Shown one piece after another: positions 45,916 through 57,479 of a stretch of 64,000 nt of DNA. Below the pieces are notes generated by a model, which saw only the letters and a program-made list of their open reading frames with translations, was not told where the DNA came from and did no database searches. Positions within the stretch are counted from its first letter, which is position 1. The number at the start of each line of letters is the position of its first letter. The stretch is from Piedraia hortae CBS 480.64 (lineage: Eukaryota), in contig MU005961.1 of the NCBI GenBank assembly GCA_010093745.1, forward strand, positions 310,001 to 374,000. Direction: 5' to 3'. The translations under genes were made by a program, and so were the position numbers.

Positions 45916-48632
45916 TGATTGCAGCGTTGAGCATTTTTGGTAGCATTGCATGGATGTGGAGTTGTGGACCTCGCTAGTCACGTACGGCTTTTTCTCACAC
46001 CTGGTTTTGGGCTGCTATGCTTTGGGTGGCTGTTCTTCGCCTTGTCACTCTCCCCAGAAGTGAAATACGTCGTGTCAAGACAAATGAATGAGTAGTAGGC
46101 TTATCTGTCTTCTGCGGGCACAGATGACTGTTCATTACGAATCGTAGCGACGAATTCATCCGCTCCACGGTGTTCCCTGTCTATCAATGATGCAGCGTTC
46201 ATTCAAGCAGTAAAGGCTAAGGTTGGCCGGCAGTTGACAGCAATTTCGAGTTTACAAATAGCAATTTCCAAACCTTATCTCACTGTGGAAGTGAAAAACT
46301 CAAAGTAGCTCATCTGACATACCGATCATTCTGTTCTCATCTATCATCATCCAGCGATACGTCATTAATATACAATTGAAAACCCCACCTCATGTTCCCT
46401 ATGTCGCTCCCAGACGATGCAATCTGACTGCACTGATTGCAAATTTCAGGATATCAAGTGAATCTGTAATCCTGACATGCTACCCACTAATCTTCGTTGA
46501 CTCGTTCGCACCATCACGTCAACTTCAGATACGTAATGCAAGACGCGAAAAGGTTACACGATCCCGTTAATACTCCGGTGTTGGGTATACATGACCAATT
46601 TTCTTTCTGGAATCTTTGGCCATCTTAGAGGCTTTGACTCTACCAAGGTTCTCAGCGGTGGATAAGCCCCTGAAGGTGAGTAGCTAATTATAACAAGTAC
46701 CCTGGCCAGTTCTCACTCAATCCTTGCGCAAAGATCTTACACCGCTCATCTTCATCAACACAAGGGAAGACAAGAGAATCATTAGTTCCGTAGGGTGCTT
46801 GGCTGCATAGCGGCGGTAGTCTTATTGAAGAACGTGGTACTAGGTCAGCGAGGGACAACACCAGTTTCTGCCCCGCGCAAAAAACTTGGAAAAGAAGGCA
46901 CCAACGTTCAAACAAAAGGAAAAAATTTCGACGAGACGCGAGAAAGCTTTGGAAGGAGGTGGAGACGCATATTGGACACAAGAGCGCTCCATCTCAAAGA
47001 AGAAGCGCGCGGTTACTATTAAGCTTGTCCTTGTAGTGGATAAATTGGCCACGATGGAAGAAATGGAACAGAATACAAGGGCAAAAGAACCCATATCAAT
47101 GATGAAAGATGAGCGGTGTTCAATAACTCGGGACGTTTGTTACGTTGAAAAGAGGTTGCGCAAACAAGGTAGAGTATTGCAAAATTGCGCAGGATTGGGC
47201 GTATTCTCACGAGAGGCGTACTGCGAAGACCACAGAGGACGCCATGGCGGCGTGGGAGAGCGCGGCATGGGCGAGAGATCATGCAACAAAAGCAATCAAA
47301 CATACGGTGGAACAAAGGAAGCATGCAGTGGAGGTAAGAGAGCGTGCCGTGAAGAAAGTAGAGAGTACCACGATGTATAAATGGAACACGTAAATCGCAA
47401 AGGAGCGCGCAATGGTGGCAATCAAGCTTGCAACCGAGATTATTGCGTGGGCAGTCAAGGCTAACGAGCGGGCGATGGCACATCAAAGGGTTACCAGAGC
47501 CTGGAGAGTGTTGACTTTTCGTTTCCATCAGGAAAATCCGGAGGCTACACAGCCGTAGATGGGCGATTCAGCCCCTACCCATTGAACGTTTGTGAGCAAC
47601 CCAAATAGCAAAACAAATTAGCACTTGACTCTCCTTCCGTGGTCCACCATTAAAAACTCCCATCGCCAAAGACCTGTACATATCATACCTACTGTTGTAC
47701 CTCTAACTTCTCACGCTCTCGTCTTACCAATTCCCTCCCATATCTTCACGGACAACATGACCTTTGCATCTAACATGCAAGAAAATGTTCAATTCGCTGA
47801 ACTGGAGAATTGTTCTTGATGAGAGAAGTGGCTTTCGGAGGATGCGTTCGGTAGAATGCTTTCACCCAAGCGGTCCTCCTTCACCGACGGTTAAACTCAA
47901 AACGCCTGGGACGATCACCTACATGCTGATAGGCAGGGCGCATGACTTCACCAAACTCCGCCCTGTTGCATGTCCCAGCGAAAGGATACTTGGAAGTCGG
48001 TCACGAGTGTGTCACCAGGCGGTGCGAATGAAGCATTTAGAGGCATAATTGAGCCCGGCAAGTTGCCAAATCGGGAGTTGCATCGCTTAGACTGGGGGGG
48101 GGGGGGGGGACTCTGCGCAACGCATGCCTGGCACACCGAATCGGTGCTAGCATACTCACCACTACCATTACCATCAGATATCTTCGGAGGTGTGGTCATT
48201 GCGAAGTTAACAAGTGGAAGTTGCGCTGGGGTTGCGGAATTTGAGAACAACGTAGGAATGGCCCACTGTTTGCGTGATATGCAAGGCTGTCCAGCCGACC
48301 ATTCCCACTGAACGAGGATGGCTAAAAGGTTCGAATAGATGAGCAAGTGGACTCGCAATCTGCAGTATCCGTGGTTGCGGGTCCGACTCCACCACTCTCT
48401 CCTGAGGAGCGTCCCGTTATTCTGTTGAGCTTGGTTAGCGGACGCCGCTGCCAGTTCATCAAGAGGCCTATATTCTCCTTGTTAACACTCATAGCTTACC
48501 GTGAGGACTCGAGCTTGTGTCTAACTACTCGTCTGCACATCTGCGATAGTCAAGGCCAACCAATATTGGCGGATTAACTCGCGTGTTGCGAACTACTACG
48601 ATATACAATGTCATAACATGAACAAAATGAGA

Positions 48633-49403
48633 TTATCTCGCCCCGGCCTTGGCATTCTCCTTATCCAACTTGGCCATCCGCGTCTTATATTCCCTTGGAC
48701 TCTCCAACTCCCTCCCCTTCTCGCCCAAAATCTTCCTCACCAACCCCGGCTTGTGCCACATTCCCACCTTCCTCTCCCTCGCTCTAGATTCCGCTTTTCG
48801 ATACTCGATCTCTTTCGATCCAAACTCACTTCCAAACTTCGCCTCATAAACAGTCGCCAGCCCATTCCTAATCATCGCCAGCCCAAGATCCCTCCGCAAA
48901 AAGCCCCATCTCCAAAACGTAACACCGCAAACAATCCGCTCATACTGATCCCGCCTATAAGGACGGATCCTCACATACCGATGAAGGAGAGTAGCCTGGA
49001 GCCAGTCAAGAGCATCCTGGCCATACGGCTGCGCCGGACGACCAAAATGGGCCATTTCCGGAGCATCTACGCCTGCGATGCGGACATGTAGCGTCTGGCC
49101 ACGCAGTTTCTTCATCTTGCCCACTTTCCGGTTCGGTAACCAGCCCCAGCCCAGCCATCTTCCGCCTGGGGTGTGGAAGAAGTGGAAGTTATCGCCGTCG
49201 CCGACTCTAGTTACGTATCCGAAGAGGCTGCGGTGGCGGAAGGTGTCTGGTTTGAGGTGGTCGGTCGAGGGGATGCGTCGGAGATAGGTTTTGTAGAAGC
49301 GTAGGAGAGCAATGGTGCTGGCTGTGCTGACGGCTGAGAAGACAAGGGCTTCGGGGGTGAGCCACGAACGGCAGTTGGCGGAGTCTGATGTTTTTGCCGT
49401 CAT
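48633..49403 (-). CDS. LCL3: Staphylococcal-nuclease-like endonuclease Lcl3
   Basis: YLRRIP, GYVTRVGDGDNFHFFHTPGG, RIAGVDAPE.AHFG, RDQYER and GLATVYE. Confidence 0.92.
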   Translation of the reverse strand: MTAKTSDSANCRSWLTPEALVFSAVSTASTIALLRFYKTYLRRIPSTDHLKPDTFRHRSLFGYVTRVGDGDNFHFFHTPGGRWLGWGWLPNRKVGKMKKLRGQTLHVRIAGVDAPEMAHFGRPAQPYGQDALDWLQATLLHRYVRIRPYRRDQYERIVCGVTFWRWGFLRRDLGLAMIRNGLATVYEAKFGSEFGSKEIEYRKAESRARERKVGMWHKPGLVRKILGEKGRELESPREYKTRMAKLDKENAKAGAR

Positions 49404-49828
49404 TTCCAGGCAGGTTTATCTTTGTACCAGTAGGACAGGCTCCATGGTTGGCGTCGTTGCCGGCACTGTCGTTGGACGAATCTGAACGGATCTAGCCGTA
49501 CGGGGCGGGCCGCACCTTCGATGCAACTGTGTTTTCGCAAGGCGATGATGTAAGCATTCCATCAGGCACGTGATCTGACTTTTGTTTGTGACGGCTGGAC
49601 CGTAGATAGACATCCTTCATACAAGTTCGAACACTGAGTTATCGCTCTACGTTAGCGTACCGATTTCAACACGCGGCTCTTCCTGCTGCTGGGAGATCAC
49701 GTGCTCTTGAGCGAGAAGGCCTAAAGCACACAACGTCACATGCAACGTGCGCGTACAAGTCTTGGCAGGGCGGGGTAGGGTTAGGATCGACATGGCAGCT
49801 CTCGACGTCTGGCGTGGATAGCAGCAGC

Positions 49829-50832
49829 ATGTTGCTCCTCGACTACCAGAACTGCCTCATTGAGAGCCTTCTAAAGGACCGATTCCAGCCCGAGTGAGTT
49901 GTCTCTGCATGCAATCAGACAGTTGTTGACAACCCAGTGCCACGCCATCGTCAATCGATCAGATCGTGTCCGACTTTGACAATGTCACGTACCACATCAG
50001 CACGCCCAACTCGAAGACGCAGATTGTGATTTCGATGCGGATCAAGTGCTTCCCAGAGCTGGTCAAATATGGAGCAAACGACGTGCTGCAGCGGGAATAC
50101 GGCCCGTGGATTGTGACGCCGCCAGAGAGCGGCTACGATTTTAGTGTCAGCATCGACCTGACGCAGCTGCCGAGCAGCGCCGACGATCGCAACGAGTTGA
50201 TCCAGCGGCTGGCGCTGTTGAGGCGCAATGCCCTGGCGGCGCCCTTTGAGCAGGCGTTTGACGAGTTCTCAGAGCTGCAGCAGGAGGCGGCCAAATACAC
50301 GAGTGAGGCGGCGCCGGCGGGCGTAAGGGAGGGCGGAGCAATAAGGGCAATTCACTACCGTGATGAGGAGGCCATCTACCTGCGCGCCAGCCATGATCGC
50401 GTTACCGTCATCTTCAGCACCGTTTTCAGCGACGAGACGGATCGCGTTTACGGCAAGGTCTTTCTACAGGAGTTTGTGGATGCGCGAAAACGCGGCGTGC
50501 AGAACGCACCACAGGTTCTGTTCCGCAACGACCCGCCGCTGGAGCTACAAGGGATGCCGGGGCTGGCGGCGGGCAAGGGTGATGTGGGATACATTACCTT
50601 TGTGCTGTTCCCGCGCCATCTGAGCTCGGCACAGAAGAGAGCCGACGTGATTTCGCATATTCAGACGTTCAGGGACTACTTCCACTACCACATCAAAGCC
50701 AGCAAGGCTTACATCCATTCGCGTATGCGACGGCGGACGGCAGACTTTTTGCAGGTATTACGGAGGGCACGACCAGATAAGGAGGAGACGAAGCGGAAAA
50801 CGGCGAGCGGGAGGACGTTCAAAGCGCATTAG
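49829..50832 (+). CDS. ARC35: Arp2/3 complex 34-kDa subunit (ARPC2); intron 49894-49937
   Basis: MLLLDYQN.., SDFDNVTYHIST, DRVTVIFST, FLQEFVDAR and FRDYFHYHIKASKAYIHSRMR. Confidence 0.97.
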
Positions 50833-50834
50833 GA

Positions 50835-52579
50835 TTATTCTTCCATGCTTTCCCATCCATCTGCCCCATCAGCTGCGGCATCTTCCTCTTCTTCCTCTTC
50901 TTCCTCTTCTTCCTCTTCTTCCTCTTCTTCCTCTTCTTCCTCTTCTTCCTCTTCTTCCTCTTCTTCCTCTTNNNNNNNNNNTCTTCCTCTTCTTCCTCTT
51001 CTTCCTCTTCTTCCTCTTCTTCCTCTTCTTCCTCTTCTTCCTCTTCTTCCTCTTCTTCCTCTTCTTCCTCTTTCCCTTCCCCTTCTCCTTCTCCTTCTTC
51101 GTCGTCGTCATTGTCATCATTTTTGACTGCCACCAGCTTCTCCTCCTTGCTAGTCAGCGTCTCCATGGCAAAGGCCTCTCTGACAGCCTTGTTGGTGCTT
51201 GTATCCCACACCTGCACCGTTCCCGTGCTGCCTGCGACTGCCAGACTAAATGCAACTTCCGGGTCGGGTGCAAAGTCGAGGGAAAAGACTTTGCCGACGC
51301 CCAGATCTCTACTGAGGACCATAGCCGGTCCCTGTTCGTTTACTCTCCACAGCTTGATTGTCTTGTCCCCTGCGCCCGTAGCGATGTATCCCTTTAGCTT
51401 ACTGTTGATCGCAAATGCCGCCAGATTCTCCTCGTGCGCCTGTAGCCGCCAGAGGGGTTTTGCCTTTTCCGGCGTCGACGGCAGCGTTCTCGAGTCAAAG
51501 GCATGTAGCATTCCCCTCTCCGTAGCCACCATGAACACGTTTTCGTCGTGCGGATCCCACTTGACCTGCTCCACATCGCTCTCCACACCCCACCGCGGTA
51601 CATTTGCGTCTGGCGCGCGCATATCCGCGGCAGCAGCTGTGCGGTCGTAGGAACCCGACAGCAGCACCGACGGATGCTTTGCATGCCAGGCGAGACTGCA
51701 GACTTTATCCGTGTGGTACGAGTAACTGTGGGCGGCGTTGCAAGTATTGAGATCCCACAATTTAACCGTACAATCCGCCGACGCGGAGCCTAAAAGGTTC
51801 CTGTGCGCGCGATTCGCACTCAACGCCAGCACCGACGACGTGTGAAAAGCAGCATTAACGTCCTTTGCCCTTTTCTTCTTCTTTTTCCTTCCTGATGCCT
51901 CCTGATCAACCTCCTGCTGACCCAGAACCGCAGCTGGATAGATCCCATCAATCACATCCAGATTCCAAACCTCGATCTCAGGATCCATGGTTCCCACCGC
52001 CGCGAAATTCCCCACCTCAGCAGCCGTATTAGGCGTCGAGTTCAACCATTCCACACAGATCGGCAGGGCCGGCAACATGACATCGTGGTGGACATATAAA
52101 TTCGCCACATCATCCTCATACACATACACTTCCAACTGCGCGACAGCATCTTCCATCCTCGTCGCAAGTAGGAGATTATCCGTCGGCAGAATCTGCAACT
52201 CCTCCCTCTCCTCCTCATCCGTCTCGCCCCCCTCAGCCGGTAGGCTGAGGTACGGATCTTCATCCTGATCGCCATAGTACGCGAGTCCTTTAATCGTCCC
52301 AAAAATCCCCTCCCCATCACCCTCCCCCCCGGCCTCTGGCTCGCTGTCGTAATGCTCCATATCATACTCTGCCAGTTCAGGATCAACCTCCGCTGGAGAC
52401 GTAATCCTGGTTCCCGAAAGTGCCTTTCTTGCCTCCTCAAGGCCTTCTTTCGCATCATCAAGTTCGAGTTTCGCTAATTTTGAAATTCGGCTGAACTCGC
52501 CCTCATCGAAGACATATTTCGTCGGCAAAGCAGCGGCATGCCCTCGCGGGACCCAGACTGTGCTTGTTATCATTGCCAT
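50835..52579 (-). CDS. PWP1: Periodic tryptophan protein Pwp1 (WD40) with a poly-Glu tail interrupted by a 10-N gap
   Basis: MIT...WVPRG, DPY, NLYVHHDVML and WD repeats. The correct frame after the gap reads EEE..DAAADGADGWESMEE* with TAA at 50835-50837. Confidence 0.93.
50881..51070. repeat. (TCTTCTTCC)n coding microsatellite (poly-Glu of Pwp1) spanning an N gap at 50972-50981
   Basis: Perfect 9-bp unit on both sides of the gap. Confidence 0.95.
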
Positions 52580-52618
52580 TAGCCGTATGTGTTGTTCTCA
52601 AACTGGTATTCTTTTTTT

Positions 52619-52963
52619 NNNNNNNNNNNNNNNNNNNNNNNNNNNNNNNNNNNNNNNNNNNNNNNNNNNNNNNNNNNNNNNNNNNNNNNNNNNNNNNNNN
52701 NNNNNNNNNNNNNNNNNNNNNNNNNNNNNNNNNNNNNNNNNNNNNNNNNNNNNNNNNNNNNNNNNNNNNNNNNNNNNNNNNNNNNNNNNNNNNNNNNNNN
52801 NNNNNNNNNNNNNNNNNNNNNNNNNNNNNNNNNNNNNNNNNNNNNNNNNNNNNNNNNNNNNNNNNNNNNNNNNNNNNNNNNNNNNNNNNNNNNNNNNNNN
52901 NNNNNNNNNNNNNNNNNNNNNNNNNNNNNNNNNNNNNNNNNNNNNNNNNNNNNNNNNNNNNNN
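52619..52963. other. Assembly gap (345 N) hiding the PRP16 5' end
   Basis: Run of N. Confidence 1.
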
Positions 52964-55547
52964 CTGGGCGGAGGAGGAACTCCTCGAAAAAAAACTCGCT
53001 GCCCGTTCTTTGCTCAACCCCAGACAAATCCAAAAGAAGAGAGATCATGATGCGTGGGAGGCGAATCGCATGCTAGCGAGTAATGTCGCGCAGTTAAAGG
53101 AAGCGGGGGGGTTTGATGTTGATGAGACAGAGGATGTGAGGGTTCATGTTCTTGTTCATGATTTGAAGCCGCCGTTTTTGGAGGGGAAGAGGGATTTTAC
53201 GAGGCAGAAGGACCCGATTAGTGCGGTGAAGGATCCGAAGAGTGATATGGCGGTTTTTGCGAGGAGGGGGAGTAATGTTGTGAAGGAGAGGAGGGTGGTG
53301 AAAGAGAGGAAGAGACAAGCGAAGGAGGCGACGGGAATTGTGGGTACGGTGTTGGGGGATATTGTTGGGGCGAGGGAGGAAGTCAAAGGGAAGGAGGTGG
53401 AGGTGGAGATGGAGAAGGGTATGGAGTTGGTAAAGGAGGCTCAGTCGGAGTTTTCGAGGACAAGGAGTTTGAAGAAACAGAGGGAATTTCTCCCGGCGTT
53501 TGCGGTTAGGGAGGAGATTTTAAGGGTCATTCGGGAAAATCAGGTTACGGTTGTTGTTGGTCAGACGGGGTCAGGGAAAACTACGCAGTTGACGCAGTTC
53601 TTGTATGAAGATGGATATGCTAGGGATGGACAGCTGATTGGGTGTACACAGCCCCGTCGTGTGGCGGCCATGTCTGTTGCGAAACGTGTGGCTGAGGAGA
53701 TGGAGGTTCCGCTTGGGTCTACGGTTGGGTATGCGATTCGATTTGAGGATTGCACTTCTAAATCGACGGCGATCAAGTACATGACTGACGGTGTGCTGCT
53801 AAGAGAGTCGCTGACGAATTCAGACCTGGACCAGTATTCGTGTATCATCATGGATGAAGCTCATGAGCGTGCGCTGAATACGGATGTGCTGATGGGTTTG
53901 ATTAAAAAGGTCCTGGCCCGTCGTCGGGATTTGAAGCTCATTGTGACTTCTGCTACTATGAATTCTGAACGATTCTCCCGATTCTACGGTGGTGCACCAG
54001 AGTTTACCATTCCCGGAAGGACGTTTCCGGTGGATATACAGTACAGTCGATCGCCGTGCGAGGATTACGTCGATGCAGCGGTGCGTCAAACGCTTGCCAT
54101 CCACGTCTCGCAGCCAGCAGGAGATATATTGGTCTTCATGACGGGACAAGAAGACATTGAAGTGACGTGTGAGCTACTTCACGAGCGGCTAGCAGCTTTG
54201 AATGAACCACCGCCTCTACTCGTCCTGCCCATCTACTCCCAGATGCCAGCCGATCTACAATCCAAAATCTTCGACCGCGCACCAGCGGGCGTACGCAAAG
54301 TAATCGTCGCCACGAACATTGCCGAAACGTCTCTCACCGTCGACGGGATCATGTACGTAGTCGACAGCGGCTTCAGCAAACTCAAAGTGTTCAACCCACG
54401 CATGGGGATGGACACACTCCAAATAACACCCATCTCGCAAGCCAACGCCGCCCAACGCGCTGGTCGAGCGGGTCGCACAGGCCCTGGAAGAGCCTTCCAC
54501 CTCTTCACCGAGCGCGCAATGCGGGAAGAGCTGTACCAATCCCCCATCCCCGAAATCCAACGCACCAACCTCTCCAACACCGTCCTCCTCCTAAAATCCC
54601 TCGGCGTCAAAGAACTCCTCGATTTCGACTTCCTCGACTCCCCACCTCAAGAAACCATAACCTCCTCCCTTTACGACCTCTGGGCCTTGGGCGCCCTCTC
54701 CAACACGGGGAACCTAACCCCCTTAGGTCACCAAATGACCACCTTCCCCATGGACCCCACGCTCGCCAAACTCCTCATCCTCTCCTCCACGCCCGAATAC
54801 TCCTGCTCCGAAGAAATCCTCACCATCGTCGCCATGCTAAGCGTGCCAAGCGTCTGGTATCGCCCATCAAACACCCCCCAATCGCAACCCTCCCCGCACG
54901 AAAAATTCATGGTCCACGACTCCGACCACCTCTCCCTCTTACTAGTCTACAACGCCTGGTCCTCCGCCCCCAACCGCGAAAAGTTCTGCACCCAAAACAA
55001 CCTCCACCCCAAATCGCTCTCGCGGGCATCTGAAATCCGAACCCAACTCCTCAGCATAATGCAAACGCAATCCCTCCCCCTCCTCTCCAGCGGAACGAAC
55101 CTCGAAGTCGTGCGAAAGTGCATCTGCACGGGTTTCTTCCACCAGGCTGCAAGGAGAAAGGGGTTGGCGGGGGAGTATGTTAACCTGAGGACGAGTGTGG
55201 GGATGAGGTTACATCCGACAAGTGCGTTGTACAATGCGGGTGATCCGGCGGATTTCGTGGTTTATCATGAATTGGTATTGACGAAGAGGGAGTATATGGC
55301 TACCGTGACGGCGGTGGAGGTGGAATGGCTTGTTGAGCTTGGGAGGGTGTTTTATGGGGTGAGGACTCCTAATGGGACGGTGGATCCTAGGCCGGCGCTG
55401 GAGAGGGAGTTTGAGAGAGATAGGGTGCTGATGGAGGGGGGAGGGAGGGTTGAGGGGGAGAGGGAGGGGAGGGATGGAGGTAAAGAGAAGACGAGGAGGG
55501 TTAAAGGGTCGGCTGTTGTTAGGCCTTTGAAGAGGGGGAGGAGGTAG
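52964..55547 (+). CDS. PRP16: Pre-mRNA splicing DEAH helicase Prp16 (5' part in the gap)
   Basis: [66 protein letters not shown] and QRAGRAGR. Confidence 0.96.
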
Positions 55548-55676
55548 ATGACTGTGGAAAACTAATGTCGAGAAGGGTGAAAAAGTCAGTGTACATAGAC
55601 ACAAAGTTGAAACTACAACATCCCCGTCCAAACCCCTAACACCGATTTAATCCATGTCCCGTCTTCCCGTAATCAA

Positions 55677-56648
55677 TCACCCCACAACCCCCTCCACCCC
55701 CAACCCTTCCAACAACGTCCTACATTCCCTCTCCCCACACCTCAACCTCAACCTCTCCTCCATCCCACTTTCCCTCAGTCCCTCCCATGCCCTCTCAACC
55801 TCATCCGTCTCCCTCCTCAAATCCTCAACCATCTTCCTCGTAACCCTGAGTTGCCTCTGCGCGGCATTAGCTGCCTGCCTCCCCATTTGCAACGAATCCG
55901 TAACCTGCCCCAACAACTCCAATAACCTCCCACTCTCAACCTCGAATTTCTTAACCGCGCGAAGCGGGCCAGGGTCAGGGAGGGGGAGGGATGCAACAAG
56001 CCCCTCGACGAGTTCGCTTAATTCTCTTGCTGCGTCCTGCGAGAGGGAGAGGGTAGCAAAGGGACCGAGGATACGGGCGCAGGTTCCCTGGAGGGCTTTA
56101 CTCTGCGATAGGAGGTGGGTGGAGAGGGAGTTTGTAGAAGTTGTGAGCCGGGAGAGGGCCGTTTCGAGACTGCCGGATGGGGGGAGGTCGTGGAGGAGGC
56201 TTGTAGTCTGGGAGATGCAAGGGTCGGGTGAGGCGGCGGCAAGGAGGGTGAGAGTGTGGAGGGATTCTTCGAAGGAGGGGGAGAAGTCGCCGGGGGGAAA
56301 GACGGAGGAGGAGAAGGAGGAGGAGGAGGAGGAGGAGTCTCTGCTTTCTTGTCTGTTTTCGGGTTCGTGGTCTTCGTCTTCGCTTTTGCCTTCGGATTCC
56401 GCTACCCCTTCGGCTTCTCCTTCGGCTTCCCCTCCCCCCCCAGATGAGCAGGATGACAATTGATCCAATTCGTCCGCGAGATTTCCTCCAGAGAGATGTC
56501 TCACCCCCTCGGCCTGCGACGAGACATCGCTATATCTGTTCCTGCGCGAACACGCGCTAAAATTACTGCTACTTGTGCGTCGTCTTCGACGGCCTGTGTA
56601 GGGCGATGTTTCCGCCGATCGCACTGGCGAAAGCGGTGGTGTTTCCAT
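55677..56648 (-). CDS. Hypothetical protein, acidic N-terminus and coiled-coil C-terminus
   Basis: 323-aa ATG ORF with NLADEL, LETAL.RL and DSLQMGRQA...A.RQLR..R motifs. Confidence 0.75.
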   Translation of the reverse strand: METPPLSPVRSAETSPYTGRRRRRTSSSNFSACSRRNRYSDVSSQAEGVRHLSGGNLADELDQLSSCSSGGGGEAEGEAEGVAESEGKSEDEDHEPENRQESRDSSSSSSSFSSSVFPPGDFSPSFEESLHTLTLLAAASPDPCISQTTSLLHDLPPSGSLETALSRLTTSTNSLSTHLLSQSKALQGTCARILGPFATLSLSQDAARELSELVEGLVASLPLPDPGPLRAVKKFEVESGRLLELLGQVTDSLQMGRQAANAAQRQLRVTRKMVEDLRRETDEVERAWEGLRESGMEERLRLRCGERECRTLLEGLGVEGVVG

Positions 56649-56819
56649 TCTTCTTCTACGTCGGCTGTTAAAGGGGTGGTTGTGTTTGGGTGTGATGTTG
56701 CGGGGATGTCTATTTTGGGATGTTTCAGATTTGCGTTACGTGCAGCGACAGGGATGGTGACAGGCAGGGGTTATCCGATTTTTGGTGAGGTTATGAATTA
56801 ATTACATGACGCAAACTTT

Positions 56820-57190
56820 CTAGTTCTGCCCAGCGCACACGGTCTCTACCACCGCTACTGTGGTCGGGGTGAAGGTGTTTCCGGGACATTTCTGTACAAT
56901 CAGTTAGAGAGGGATGTAGAGATTTGGAGGGAGGAACATGCGAATTTCGCGTTCCACGGATAGTCGGCGACGATGGTCTTGACGTCGCAGCCACCGCAGT
57001 CAATCGTCGAGGTGCCCGTTGCAGATGGCACGGCCTCGAGACAGAAGCCCGGCCAGGCAATGGATGCGGTGATCTCGCACTTGGGCGGCGCAGTGCCGGT
57101 GCTGGCAGCAGTGGCAGTTGGCTCAGATGGGAAAGGGGAGGCAGCTGCCAAGATGGCAAAGAGGGCGGTGGAGAAAACAGTTGAGTACAT
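56820..57190 (-). CDS. Small secreted cysteine-containing protein (106 aa); probable GC-AG intron 56892-56941
   Basis: Signal peptide MYSTVFSTALFAILAAASP and TIDCGGC motif. Splicing GCATGT..CTAAC..CAG adds KCPGNTF..VCAGQN*, giving 6 Cys. Confidence 0.75.
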
Positions 57191-57479
57191 GTTGACTTGC
57201 TCTGGTAGCTGGATGGATCAAGATGACAGACGGATAGCTTTATAGCCCATTCTGATGCACTCCTGAGCTGTTCATATATTATGATGACGCCAATGCCTTG
57301 ATCTTGTCGGACATGTTCCTGACATGACATTAACTCAATATTACCCGCATCTTCAACGAGACCCTTATACAGGCACGTGGGTAACCTTTGAGGCTAGAAA
57401 ACAACTGCGACAACAGGAATCTGCTCGAGCTAAAATAGCTCCCGAGAGCATCGGAAGCTGATGTCGGAACGCCGACCGT

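Noticed and set aside
49416..49613. In-frame upstream ORF ending 12 nt before the LCL3 ATG (readthrough extension?)
   Set aside because: TAA stop without a leaky context, and Lcl3 looks complete from 49403; at most a uORF.
50819..50980. KKRKKR basic tail on Pwp1 and an apparent overlap with ARC35 in the ORF track
   Set aside because: Artefact of the 10-N gap shifting the frame; the poly-Glu frame ends at TAA 50835.
52503..53076. ORFs containing long X runs, including the 52560 start for PRP16
   Set aside because: They read through the assembly gap; the real start is unknown.
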